A DNA stretch of 63,991 nt, the filler included, from Welwitschia mirabilis (lineage: Eukaryota): NCBI GenBank assembly GCA_051453625.1. It is 4 parts of one record of this genome, joined end to end, with 100 filler letters (N's around TTAATTAATTAA, not from the genome) between each part and the next. Parts side by side here need not be neighbours in the genome. Positions count along the whole stretch, not along the records: positions 1 to 31,671 come from JBOZIK010000001.1; 3 more parts are not named here. The stretch is one strand, 5' to 3'. The notes under the pieces are model-generated. The model was not told the origin of the DNA. It did not search any database and saw nothing but the letters and a program-made list of their open reading frames with translations. The position numbers were made by a program, and so were the translations under genes. Position 1 is the first letter of the stretch, and each line of letters begins with the position of its first letter. Positions 14,041 through 26,799 of the stretch are shown one piece after another.

Positions 14041-15452
14041 TATTGATAAAAATTTAGTTTTGAAGATTCTACTTGTCAAATATATTTTGTTGTATTATGT
14101 AGGGAAGTCAAATTGGAGAAAATCATATTGTGAAAAGTATCAATTTAAGTTAAACCTCAAAGATCATATCTCACAAAAATTTTTAGTAAATGATAAATCA
14201 TAATTGACTGAATATGTCTTTAGAATTGAAGATGTCAATGAGAAAGATGTCTGCATAATTGAAGATGTCTATAAGAAAGATGTTTTCAAAATCAAAAACA
14301 TCTATTCTAAACTAGATTTTAATTATAGAGAAATGCATCTACCTTGATGAAGACATCTATACTAAAGAAATAATCTAATATAGATGAAAGACATCTACAT
14401 AGTTAAAGATGTTTATAATAAAATAAAAGAGGTAATAAAGGCAAAATACCTTTTAATGAATTATTTACATCCCATGCAAGCAATCATGTTTTACATGTTG
14501 GAATTGTGATCACTAAGGATTAGAGGAACTATAGTTTAAGTTTTATGAAAATCTAGGCAAGTTAACCAAGGATGTCTTCCATGTTAAATATGTTTGTATG
14601 ATCAAAGACATCTACCACTTTAAAGATATCTATGCCAAAAGTTTGACAAAAAATAAAATAGCCATTATGCATTTAATGCTTAGCTATTTATATTCATTGT
14701 ATAGTAATTACAAGTTTTAAATGGTCATTTCTTTAGGTTAATAGCTAAAATCAAATAAAAAGATATAAAGGCATAACTTAACAAATAGATCTAATGCACG
14801 TATGCATGCATGAATGCATAGATGATTAGTTTTATTCACGAAGCATTCAAGCTATCTTTGTAAGAAACTATCGAGTGACTACATCATTCCATCATTGGCT
14901 CTTATTACATTACAACACTTTAATCATTAATACTAGGTGATAACAACAAGGAAGAACTCAAGCACCTCATTAAATACACATCATTTAGGCTTAGTGTTTC
15001 ATTTATTTTCATTATTTGTTGGAACAAAATTATAGGAATATCATGTTTTCAAATAATCTTGTTATCATCCATTTCTTATTCTTAAATACAAATATCCCTT
15101 ATTGGGGTTTCCATTTTGGAAGGCAACCCTTGTATGGGTATGCTTTTGTGAGTACTTGTGAGCACATTTTATTATCTTCTTATTGAATATTCATGAGAGG
15201 AAAATAATGCTTCCTTGAGAGAAGAATCTCATACTATATGTAAGGTTGGTGATGCTCTAAAACCATAGTTTTTGCAAGTTAAAAATATCTAGAGGTATAA
15301 GAGAAATTTAGTCTCTATTTGTGGACATACCTAGGTTGGAAAACCATATTAAATCTGGTAAGGTATTTATTGCATAGTTTTTAATTTGTTTTGGTTAAAA
15401 TTATTTTTTATAGACCTTGTTCATCCCTCTCCCCTAAGTTAAATGATCCTCA
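14041..15452 (+). repeat. 5' LTR of copia element B
   Basis: Colinear with 46653-47057 plus 48520-49514; ends 'gatcctca' immediately before the PBS. Confidence 0.9.
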
Positions 15453-15454
15453 AG

Positions 15455-15466
15455 TGGTATTAGAGG
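15455..15466 (+). promoter_or_regulatory. Primer-binding site (tRNA-iMet) of element B
   Basis: 'tggtattagag' equals TGGTATCAGAG with one C>T change, 2 nt after the LTR end. Confidence 0.85.
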
Positions 15467-15508
15467 GGATACTCACAAAAAGAATAACATTCTTGAGTGA
15501 AGTATAGA

Positions 15509-16561
15509 ATGGATGTCATTCATCGGACCTCCACTCTTTAATGGGACTAATTATGCTTATTGAAAGATGATGATGCAGGTGCACTTATATGCTTATGAGT
15601 TTTATGTTTGAAAAAGCACTAAAGATAGATACTTAAAACCTACATAAATAATAACAAATGCTACAAAAAATACCATTACATACTCAAGCCTAAAAGGAAT
15701 GACTAAAAAGTAAAGAATGCCCTCTACTTAGCTCTTATAATGAAGGAATTAGCTAGATGTAAAAGTGGCTCAAGATTTATGGAATGTTCTAGTGAAAACA
15801 TATGAAGAAACCTCAATAATTAAGCAAGCTAAACTTCTTATTGAGGCAAATTACTTTGAAAATATCAAGATAAATAATGGTGAGAGAGTTTATGAATACT
15901 CTACAAGAGTCTCCAACATTATAAATTCTATACATGGCATTGGTGAAAATCTTTCAGAGGCCAAGGTAATCCAAGAAGTTATTAGATCCTTAACTTTAGA
16001 ATAAAAGCCTAAGATAACAGACATAGAAGAGTCAAGAGATTTTAACTTAATAAAGATTGAAAAATTACAAAGTGCTCTAATAACTTATGAGATGAATCTC
16101 ATTCAAGATGGTACTTTAAAAGAGAAGTTCATTGCTCTTAAGCTAGTGAAGTATGAAACAAGGTTTAAAATAAAAAATAAGGAAAGGATTAAAAGGAGAT
16201 AAATCTGAGGAGGATGTGGATAGAAAAATTTCTCTCATCATAAGCTAAGCCAAAAGACTTCTTTCACATAAGAATAAAAAAAGAAAGTACTATAGAAAAT
16301 CATCTAGTTACCAAGCTAAAGCATAAAAGAAAATCTTTCTTCACATGTGGGATGATGATAAAAATGCAACTAAAGTATAAACATATGATAATGAAAAAGT
16401 TCATCCATCCTACATTACTATTATATATATTCAAAAGAAAGTAATAAAAGAAAAGAAGGCTCTAAATCAAAAAGAGAAGATTATCATCTAAAAACCAACA
16501 GGTTATCATCCAAAAACTCAACTCTTAAAGATGAGGTTAGCAAACTAATGATTATGTTTAT
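15509..16561 (+). pseudogene. gag: Copia gag (N-terminal and UBN2-like capsid region) of element B; continues after 40320
   Basis: 'PPLFNGTNYAY*KMMMQ' and 'AQDLWNVLVKTYEETSIIKQAKL...IGENLSEAKVIQEVIRSL' (ORF 15765-16004). Confidence 0.9.
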
Positions 16562-16566
16562 AGCAT

Positions 16567-17766
16567 TGATGCACTACCAAATTGTATGTATTTGATGGGG
16601 TGTTTGGAGCTATTTTAAAAGATATTTATATAAGTTTAGATGTAATACTAAGGATTATAAGGAATCGATATAAGATCTCAATAATATGAAATTATTGACA
16701 TGATTAGAGCCATTTAAAGCATATTCTGATACATTGTGCCTTGAAGAAAGATCACTGATTAAAAAAGGCTAGCTTCTCTTAAGCTAGAAGGATAAAGAAA
16801 ACTATTGTACCCTCAGTCGTTCCCATGACAGACAGGATGATAGAATTATAGAGGCCACATGGGAATGCTAACGTGAATTGAAATCATACTGCTGAGTCAT
16901 CTTTTATAAAGGGGCATCATCCCCATGGTCATCCTCCTTAATTGTCCACATGATAGGAAGGATGAATCCTATAACCACTAGCTGACCTTTATTTGTTTTA
17001 TCCATTTCTTTCTTGTAATAAAGCATGTTTTTCTATTCCTTTTGTGTGACAGTTTTACTTCTTAGCCCTATAAATAAGATCCTCCTTCAACTCTCCTATC
17101 TATCTTCATTGACACTAGACAATCTCATGATAAGAGATTGAAGGGTAGGAGATCCATCTTGTGAGTTACAGAAAGACGTTCCCTTGGTGAAGGGCTATGT
17201 ATTCTCCATTGAGGTTTGGCTATTTTGTAACCCAAATGCTGGGTCTATTTTAATATAAAGACTCTATTTCATTGATGCATTTACTTCTATTATATTTCCC
17301 TTATGTTTTATATTGTCCTTAATCTAGTGACAGTTTCATTAATGATATAGGTCTTAAGGGCAGCCTTAGTTAAGGATAAAGAAAGTAGTTTTAGATTTAT
17401 TTTGCATTACATTTATTCAACTCACTTGATAGCTTAAGTTAATCTTAGTAGTGATAGTCTCCTTGATTAATTTAGGTTATATAGGACCGATCCTCTTGAT
17501 CCATTGATCCATTACTCGAATAGGTGTTCATTTAGGTTAAATGCATTTGCATTGCCTTACATATTTACTTTCTTGCATTGGTTCTTAAGTTTTGATTACC
17601 ATATTATCTTTGAAATTTAATTCTCATTCTTCTCTTATAATTCTTCAATGGGTTATAACATTTGGATCACTCTCATTCACATTAGATTGTGTATTTTGCA
17701 ATTTATATATATTGATTAATTAGATTTGGAGTAAGATGTGAAGTTGCAAAAATATGCACTGTAACA
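16567..17766 (+). repeat. LTR family A, 5' LTR
   Basis: TG...CA termini (tgatg...taaca); aligns end to end with 39095-40314. Confidence 0.9.
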
Positions 17767-17769
17767 TCT

Positions 17770-17787
17770 TGGTGATGTTACTGAGGA
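17770..17787 (+). promoter_or_regulatory. Primer-binding site, Athila-type (tRNA-Asp-like), decayed
   Basis: 'tggtgatgttactgagga' versus the Athila consensus TGGCGCCGTTGCCGGGGA; differences are almost all C>T or G>A. Confidence 0.7.
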
Positions 17788-19477
17788 AGGATACTAAGGG
17801 GTATAAGAATTATCATTATTTTGTTAAGAAAATTATATTTTCATTTGGTTATTTATCTATAGCAACATTATATTTTTAATTAGGAACTATAGGTTTTCTA
17901 TTCACAATTTTTAGTTTTTAGTAGTCTATAATAATAGTTTTCATCCTCTATGTTGTCCTCATAACATAGGAAATGACAAACATATATTTATTAATTTATT
18001 TTTAGTCTATAAATTTTCTTTTCTATTTCTTTAGCAATAGACCTATCATCTGCTCTATTGTTTCCATGAAAAGGTGAACGACAAACTCTATTTTTTATTT
18101 TTGGCTTTCGACTTTTTGCTAAATTTCTATTTTCTATTTTTGTTGTCCCCTAAGTGATCCCCATGACTAGAAGGATGACTGTTAGTTATTTTTTATTTCA
18201 TTTTTTATTGTCTTCTGTTTGAAGGATGCAATAATATGGTCAATCTAGAAGAAAAATATCAGAGAGAAAGGCTACTGATAGAAGAGAATAGTATAAAATG
18301 ATCGATTAACTTTAAAATAGNNNNNNNNNNNNNNNNNNNNNNNNTTTTTAATCTAATATCATGAAAGAAAACTTTTTATAATATAATTCAAAAGACAATA
18401 GCCATTATATTTTTTAATGTTAAGGATCTAGATAATTTTGATTAAAAAAATAAAGCATTAAAGAAAGTAGAACTTGATCTGAACTATATTCTTATCTTTC
18501 TTATCATTTTGAATTAGATTTTATTTTTCCTATTCTTCTCAATTATGAATAGTAATACAAGAACCCTTGGGGAAATTCTTGTTATAAGGAGGAGAAACTT
18601 GAAAAATTTTGAGAATAATAGTAAGAAAGCACTTTGAGAAATTTTTACAGAAAGAGGGAGAATAACACAAAATGATGTTCAGAGTAGGAATTGGTCCATT
18701 ACTTTTTTAAACCTTCTTATTACTCTCCCTTTTCTTTTCAAACCTCTTATAAAAATAACAATGAAAACTTTTTACATTTTAGGGATTTCACCTCATTTAT
18801 ACAAACTTCCCGTAATCACTTTTATTAATCTCTTCCATCTCCCATGCATTACTATGAAAACGATCCATCTCCCATGAATTACTATGAGGAATAATATGAT
18901 TTAAGAAAGAAATAATTGACAAAATGATAAAGAACTAGGAAAATGCCAATAAAAACCTAGAAAATTTGGTTGAGATCTTGCAACAAACAATAGGTTCTTT
19001 TGCAACATAACAATATCAAATCTATTCTTCTACATCCTACCTTGAGAAAAATGAGAAGAACTTAGAAATAGATGATAATGATTCTTGCTTTTAAAAAGAT
19101 GAAATTTTGAAATGAACTTCAACATCCTACTCATTATAAGATGAGAAAAGGGAAGATAATCATAACTCAACTTCATCTTTCAATAATAAGGATGAGGATT
19201 ACCATTTATTAGATGATGATATTGAGGTGTTAAATTATATCTCAAGCATTCATTTACCACTAGACAATCTAGATGAAGAATCCACTCATGGAAAATCTAA
19301 AAATTATTTAATCTATAATAGACATAATAATGGCATTTATCCTTCTAATGAATCTAACGAATTAAAAAACATGCAATAAGATGATGAGAATGATGAAGAA
19401 GAAGATGATGTTGACATTGAAATATTAGATAATATCCTTGGTTTTTACTTACTTTGTAATGAGGATAAAAGATTTTT

Positions 19478-20597
19478 TGTGGGAATTAAGAACCATAAAG
19501 GAGGATAAATAAGTTCTTTAAAAAAATATTGAAATAAAATTATGATAAAAAATTGCTTAAAATAAATCACTAGAAAACTTGTGTATATAAATAAGAGTAT
19601 TTAGAAAAATGAAAATAACAAAAAGCAAAAAAAACATTGATCAGATGCATGAGAAGCCTTCCTACTCCACTCTTAATGATTAGCTTATCACCAAGCCTGA
19701 TCCAAGTCTCTGTTAACTCTTCCAGGTATTGCAGGTTTACTTTTAACCTTGACATACTGACCTTTGTAGGATAAGTCTCAAACTTTTCAACAGACTTTTG
19801 CAGGCTAAGTCTTAACCTTCTGAGGATGTGATAGTGATGGTAAAATGTCTTGGTGCACTGATATCACTTCTTCTTTGGCTTAAATGATGGTAATGAAGCT
19901 CTTATCCTGTGTATGACACAATAATAAAGTACAAGATCTAATCTTGTGTCCATAGATACAATAGATGATGGCTCGTCCTTGGTTAGGAATATAATAGCAA
20001 GCTAGTAAAATAATAAATCATAGTTTTTAATCATTCAAACAAATATCGAAAAGTTATTTTAGTGATTTCTCTCTTGGCTATTTATAATGAAAGGATTTTA
20101 GGGTTATTAAAATTAAAAACATGATTCTAATGGCTATAAATGACTACAAAATAGATATATAACAAATATAAAATTTCATTTTTATTTCAGCTAGTTGACC
20201 TCTCAAAACATCTGGACAACTCCTCCTAGTGTCGTGGCTTAAATAAATTACCTGAGTGAACTTTTTGGTTACCCCAGTTTCTTACAGCTTCATGTTTAGT
20301 CGACTCCTCAAGCTCTAGTCGACCCCACATCTGGTTGTCTGCATAACTGTCTGGTCGCCTGCTCGTCCTGATAAAAGTTCATTCCAATTTTCTACTTGAG
20401 GTTTGGTCAACTCCTTAGATGTCTAGTTAATCCCTCAAGAGGGTAAGTAAACTTGATAGGTTTCTAGTAATCAAAATGCAACATTCCTAGCTTTAGCATC
20501 TGACCTACAAGTGGTTAATATATTCTACATAAGATACACAAAATTTATTTCACAGAAAACATTAGTTTGACATTAATTAGTAAAACATAATCTAACA
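19478..20597 (-). repeat. 3' LTR of element C
   Basis: Colinear with 34343-35456 and inverted relative to 25302-26665; the minus strand starts tgttagattatgtttt. Confidence 0.9.
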
Positions 20598-20609
20598 ATC
20601 TCCCCTTTT
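20598..20609 (-). promoter_or_regulatory. Polypurine tract of element C (Sirevirus-type AAAAGGGGAGAT)
   Basis: Plus strand 'atctcccctttt' abuts the LTR; additional PPT-like copies at about 20660-20672 and 21032-21050. Confidence 0.85.
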
Positions 20610-21289
20610 GACATTGATGGCAAACATTCCTTAGTTGTGAAAATATTAAAATTAAGAAATCTTTCCCTCATGAAATGCCTATTAAGCTTTTGCAAAATTA
20701 TTAAACCTTTTGATACCAAATGAAGATATTTTAATAATTTTTAATTTTTTCTAACATTAAAACACATTTGGAGAGTTTAGAAAATGTCAAATATTTTATG
20801 GAAAATAATGTTTAGGTATATCTTGATCATATAATATTTTTGAACATTTTGTATATTGATAATTAAAAGTGCACTTACACATATATAGGAGAAACAACAT
20901 TTTAATCTTAAATGATTAGTAAATAAAAAATGTAAGTTCATATGAGATACAAATAAAAATGATAGTACAAAGTCCAAAAGTACTCATCAAGAGTAAACTA
21001 CAATTGAAAACATAGTAATCAACACAAATAATCCTCTCCATTTTGACATCAATAACAAATAAGAGAAAGACACACAAGCAAAAATAGAGAACAAACATAA
21101 TCATATAGAAAAGAGCAAAACAGATAATACAATTTCCTATGCTATGACTACCTTTCGTTCTACACTAACAGCTTCTTCTGAAGTGGTCTAAATAACTGAG
21201 AGGATCTAAGTGATTGGGATTTTATTCTAGTTAACCAACCATCTCTAGTTGACCAAGTCATGAATCTGGTTGATCGTTCTGCAATCAGG

Positions 21290-24200
21290 CATAGGATACT
21301 GAGATAACTCCCAGTTCATTTCTGAAATAAGAAAAGTGTCAAAATTTAAGGGTTTAGNNNNNNNNNNNNNNNNNNNNNNNNNNNNNNNNNNNNNNNNNNN
21401 NNNNNNNNNNNNNNNNNNNNNNNNNNNNNNNNNNNNNNNNNNNNNNNNNNNNNNNNNACTCCCAGTTCATTTCTGAAATAAGAAAAGTGTCAAAATTTAA
21501 GGGTTTAGTAAAAATATCTATTAGCTATTAATTTACACTCATAACGTTCATAGAGATATGTCCTTTTTCTACTTGATCTATTAGAAAATGATGCCTTAGC
21601 TCAATATATTTGGTTCTTGAGTGTGAACAGGATTTTTAGATATGTTGATAGCATTGGTATTGTCATAAAAGATAGGGAATTATTCAAAATTAACACTAAA
21701 ATCCTTTATCATTTTTTTCATCCATAAAAGATGAGTACAACAACTACTTATTGCAATATATTTTTCTTCTATAGTTGAAAGAGAGATGGACTTTTGTTTT
21801 TTAGTTGCTCATCCTATTAAGAATAAACCTAATAGAAAACAATTTCCACTTGTACTCTTTCTATCATCTTTATAACTAGTATAATCCGCAACACTAAAAC
21901 CTATAAGCTTGAAGGATGTCTCTATAGGATACCATAAATCATACTCACATGTGCCTTTTACATGCCTAATTATTCTTTTTACTGCTTGTAGATGTGATTC
22001 TTTTAATTGGGATTGATACCTTATGCATACTCCAAACTAAACATATTGTTTAGTCTACTTACAGTTAAATATAATAAACTTTTAATCATGCTTCTATAAA
22101 GTTTTTGATCTATTAATTTACCATTCTCATTTAAACTCACTTTATAAGATGTTGACATAGGGGTGTCAATTGTTTTTGCATTTTTTAATCCAAAAAGTTT
22201 GATTAAATCTCTTGCATATTTGGATTGAGAAATAAATATTCCATCTTTTGATTACTTGATTTATAGTCTAAGAAACATTTTTACTTCACCAAGCATACTC
22301 ATTTTAAAATGAATTATTATGGTAGTTGCAAATTATTTTGACAAACTTTTATTTGAGGCACCAAATATGATGTCATCTATATAGATTTGTATAATAATAA
22401 AATCCTCTCTTAATTTCTTCACAAATAAGGTTTTATCTATTATTCCACAAATATATCCATTGTCATTTAGAAATATGGCTAGTTTTTCATGTGAAGCTCT
22501 TAGAGCTTGTTTCAATTCATACAAGGCTTTCTTAATTCTATACACATGATCAGTTTTATGAGGATTAACAAGACCTTGTGATTGCTTTACATAAACTTCT
22601 TCATTTAATGTGTTATTTAAAAATGCGCTCTTCACATCCATTTGATAAACTTTGAAATTTCTAAAGGCTGAAAAAGATANNNNNNNNNNNNNNNNNNNNN
22701 NNNNNNNNNNNNNNNNNNNNNNNNNNNNNNNNNNNNNNNNNNNNNNNNNNNNNNNNNNNNNNNNNNNNNNNNNNNNNNNTAGTTCATTTATGAGATAAAA
22801 ATATCAAAATTTAGGGGTTTAGTAAAAATATCTACTAGTTGTTGATCTATACTCATAAAGTTCATAGAAATATGTCCTTTTCCTATTTAATCTCTTAAAA
22901 AATGATGTTTTAGCTTAATATGTTTGGCTCTTAAGTGTTGGATAAGATTTTTAGAGATGTTTATAGTACTAGTATTGTCATAAAAGATAGGGACTTGTTT
23001 AAAATTAATACAAAAATCCTTTAGTATTTCTTTCATCTATAAAAGATGAGTACAACAACTACCTGCTATAATATATTCTGCTTCTATAGTTGAAAGAGAG
23101 ATTATATTTTATTTCTTACTTGCCCATCTTACTAAGCATGAACCTAATAGAAAATAATTTCCACTTGTGCTCTTTCTATCATCCTTACAACCAACCCAAT
23201 TTGCATCACTAAAACTTATAATCTTGAAGGATGTTTTTGTAAGATACCACAAACTATAATCACATGTGTCTTTTACATGCCTGTTGATTCTTTTTACTTC
23301 TTATAAATGTGATTCTTTTCATTGGGATTGATACCTTACACATACTCCAATGCTGAACATAATATTTGATCTACTTGTAGTCAAATATAATAAATTCTAA
23401 TTATACTTCTATAAAGTTTTTGATCTACTAATTTATCATTCTCATCCAAACTTACTTTGTAAGATGTTGACATAGGGGTGTCAGTTGTTTTTGCATTTTC
23501 TAATACAGACCGTTTGATTAAATCTCTTGTATATTTGAATTGAGAAATAAATATTCCATTTTTTAATTACTTTATCTATAGTCCAAGAAACATTTTTACT
23601 TCACCAAGTATACTCATTTCAAACTGAGTTATCATAGTAGTTACAAATTCTTTTGACAACCTTTCATTTGAGGCACCAAATATAATATCATTTACATAGA
23701 TTTGTATGATAATGAAATCCTATCTTAAGTTCTTTATAAATAAGGCTTTATCTATTATTCCACGAATATATCCATTATCATTGAAAAAAGTGGCTATTTT
23801 TTCATACTAATCTCTTGAAGCTTATTTCAATTTGTACAAGGCTTTCTTAAGTGTATACACATGATCAGTTTCATGAGGATTAATAGAAACTTATGGTTGT
23901 TCTACATAAACTACTTTATTTAATGTACCATTTAAAAAGGCACTCTTAACATCCATTTGATACAATTTGAAATTTTTAAAATCTGCAAAAGACAAAAATA
24001 TTTTAATGCTATCTAGCCTTGCAATAGAAGTAAATGTATCACCTACATCAATGCCTTTTATCTGATTAAAGCCTTTTGCTACTTATCTTGCCTTATTTTT
24101 AATGATATTATTCTTTTCATCACATTTGTTTTTAAAAATTCACTTAATTCTAATGATATTTTCATCTTTTGGCCTTTCTACAAGCTTCCAGACATCATTT

Positions 24201-25296
24201 CTCTTAAATTGTTGTAGCTCATCTTATATTGCCATCATTCATTCCTCATGAATTTCAGCTTCTTCAAATTTCTTAGGCTATATTTTTGAAACATAATAAA
24301 TGTGAGCACACAAATTCTTCATATAACATCTTATCTTTATTTTAGTCAACTTCCCCAATAACAGATTTTAACAAGTGATCTTTTAACTCTTTGATCTTTT
24401 CAGTTGTGTGTATTTTTGTAGAGGCTTCATTATTTTTAGTAGTTACTTCATTTTTTGTGGGGATACTTGTAGATATAGCTTCCTCTTCATCTGAATAATT
24501 TGGTCTTGTATCAAACTCATCAATTTACACATTTATTGACTCTTCTCTCATTAAACTTCTTTTGTTAAAAAATCAATATGCTCTTCTTCTAGTTGAGTAG
24601 CCTAGAAAAATAGCGTCATCAGCTTTAGAGTGAAATTTACTTAAATGTTATCTATCTTTTAGCATAGAGCATTTACTTCTAAATATTTTAAAATATAAAA
24701 CATTAGATTGTTTTTCTTTTCATAACTCATATGGCATTTTATTTGTACTGGGTCTAAGATAAACTCTATTAATAATATAGCATGTTGTATTAACTTGCTC
24801 AGCCCAAAATAATTTAGGTATCTCTTTATCATTTAACATAGTTCATGCCATTTTTTAGAGGACTGTGTTCTTTCTTTTAGTTATACCATTTTATTGTGGA
24901 ATTCTTAGAGCTGAAAATTGATGATTAATTCGACTATCAATGCAATATTTATCAAAGAAAATGGCTCTCAAACTCACCACCATAATCATTTCTTATTTTC
25001 TTTATGGTATACCCTTTCTCATTTTGAATTGTTTTGCATATCTCAATCCAATATTTATATACTTCATATTTTTTTGACAGGAAAAATACCTAAGCATACC
25101 TAGAGAAGTCATCAACCATAGTAACAAAATAACATTTACCACCTAGACTTCGAGTTTGAGTGGGACCTACTAAGTACATATGAATGAGCTTTAATGGAAT
25201 AGATATGGAAGCTTGATTTTTACTTTTATATGAAGTTCTTATTTGTTTGTCCTTTTAACATGCATCATATAAACCTTATTTTTCTACATTTATCTT
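21290..25296 (-). pseudogene. pol: Copia pol (integrase, RT, RNase H) of element C, with the RT/RNase H block present twice
   Basis: ORF 22333-22641 carries RT motifs. RNase H 'TKYIELRHHFL' near 21585-21620 and again near 22895-22930. Integrase core at about 24530-25200. Confidence 0.9.
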
Positions 25297-25301
25297 AGGA
25301 A

Positions 25302-26665
25302 TTTTAGATTATGTTTTGCTCACTAATGTCAAACTAATGTTTTTTGTGTAGAAATTTTGTGTATCTTATGTAAAAAATGTTAACCTATTGTAGGTTAGAT
25401 GATGAAGTCATGAAGGTTAAAATCTAATCATTAGAAACCTATCAAGTTCACTTACCCTCTTGAGGGGTTGAATGAACTTTCAAGGGATCGATTGCATTTA
25501 GAGCATATTGTCAGAATTGAACTAAATTCAAAGTGATTAACTAGATTTGTGGACCTGAGAATAGTACTCATGAATCAATTGTCAAGAAGTCAACTAGACC
25601 TTTAAAGGGGTCAACTAGATCTGAGCATTGTTCAGCTAATATCCTTGAGCCGATTGTTATGGGGTCGACCAAACACCCAAAAGAGTCAATTAGACTTGAT
25701 GCAAGAAATTGAAATGAACTTTTTTTAGGACTAGCATATGACTAGATAAAATTTTGGATGATTGGAAAAAATTATGGATGACCAGATGGGGGTCAACTAA
25801 ACCCTAAGGGATTAATCAAACATGAAGCCATAAGAAACTAGGGTGACCAAAAAATTCACTGAAGTAACTTGTGTAAGTCATNNNNNNNNNNGGACGTTTG
25901 AGAGGTCGATCGACTGGAATAGAAATAAAATTTTCTATTCATTATATATCCAATATATATCTATTTTCTAGCTATTTATAGATGTTGACAGTGTATTTTC
26001 AATTGTAATAAATTCTAAAAGCCTCCTAATATAAATATCTAAGAGAGGGATAAGTAAAGAGACTCTTTGAGTTTTTATCAAAGTATTGAAATTGTGATAT
26101 TTTACTATAGCATCTTGGCATTATACTCTTGATCAAGGAAGATCTATTATTTGTTGTATCTTTACATTTAAGGTTAGATTTATTATTTTATTTATTGTAG
26201 TATCTATAGGAGAAGAAATCCATCAGAATTATTGTACCAAAGAATGAGTGATATTTATGCATCAAGGCATTCCTACCATTACTGTTATATCCTCTGAAGG
26301 TTAAGACTGAGCCTGAAAAAGTTCATTGAAAAGATTGAAACTTAGCCTAAAAAAGTCCATGTGTAAAGGTTACAGGTAAACCTATAATACCTAGAAGAGT
26401 TAATAAAGATCTAGATTAATCTTAGGATAAGCTGATCATCAAGCGTGGAGTAGGGGATTTCCTAAATCACTGTAAATATTGCATGCATATGATCAGTACT
26501 TTATGCCTTCTGTTAGTTTTATTACTTTGAATACTTTTAGTTTTTCTTTATATGAATAAATTTAATAGGAAATTATTTTGAGAAATTTTCTATTATATCA
26601 TAAGTTTATTTAATTAGTTTTTAAAGAACCTATTCATCTCGCCTCTAGGGTTTTCGATCCTATCA
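25302..26665 (+). repeat. 5' LTR of element C2
   Basis: Matches 31771-33005 directly and 19478-20597 / 34343-35456 in inverted orientation. Confidence 0.88.
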
Positions 26666-26667
26666 AT

Positions 26668-26679
26668 TGGTATTAGAGC
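26668..26679 (+). promoter_or_regulatory. Primer-binding site (tRNA-iMet) of C2
   Basis: 'tggtattagagc' 2 nt after the LTR end '...ctatca'. Confidence 0.85.
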
Positions 26680-26799
26680 TAAGTTGAATCCATTTTTAGA
26701 TTTTAATCAATATAAGCTCTAGAACCAAAAACTAGTAATCCCTTTATTGATTTTTCAAATATGCCCTTCTTAAACAACTGTGCTCTTATTGGTATTTTT

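Noticed and set aside
21307-21508. Exact or near-exact direct repeats flanking gaps (also 27660/28123, 31990/32164, 35710/35900, 31606-31671)
   Set aside because: Near-identical sequence on both sides of an N run is typical unmerged contig overlap.
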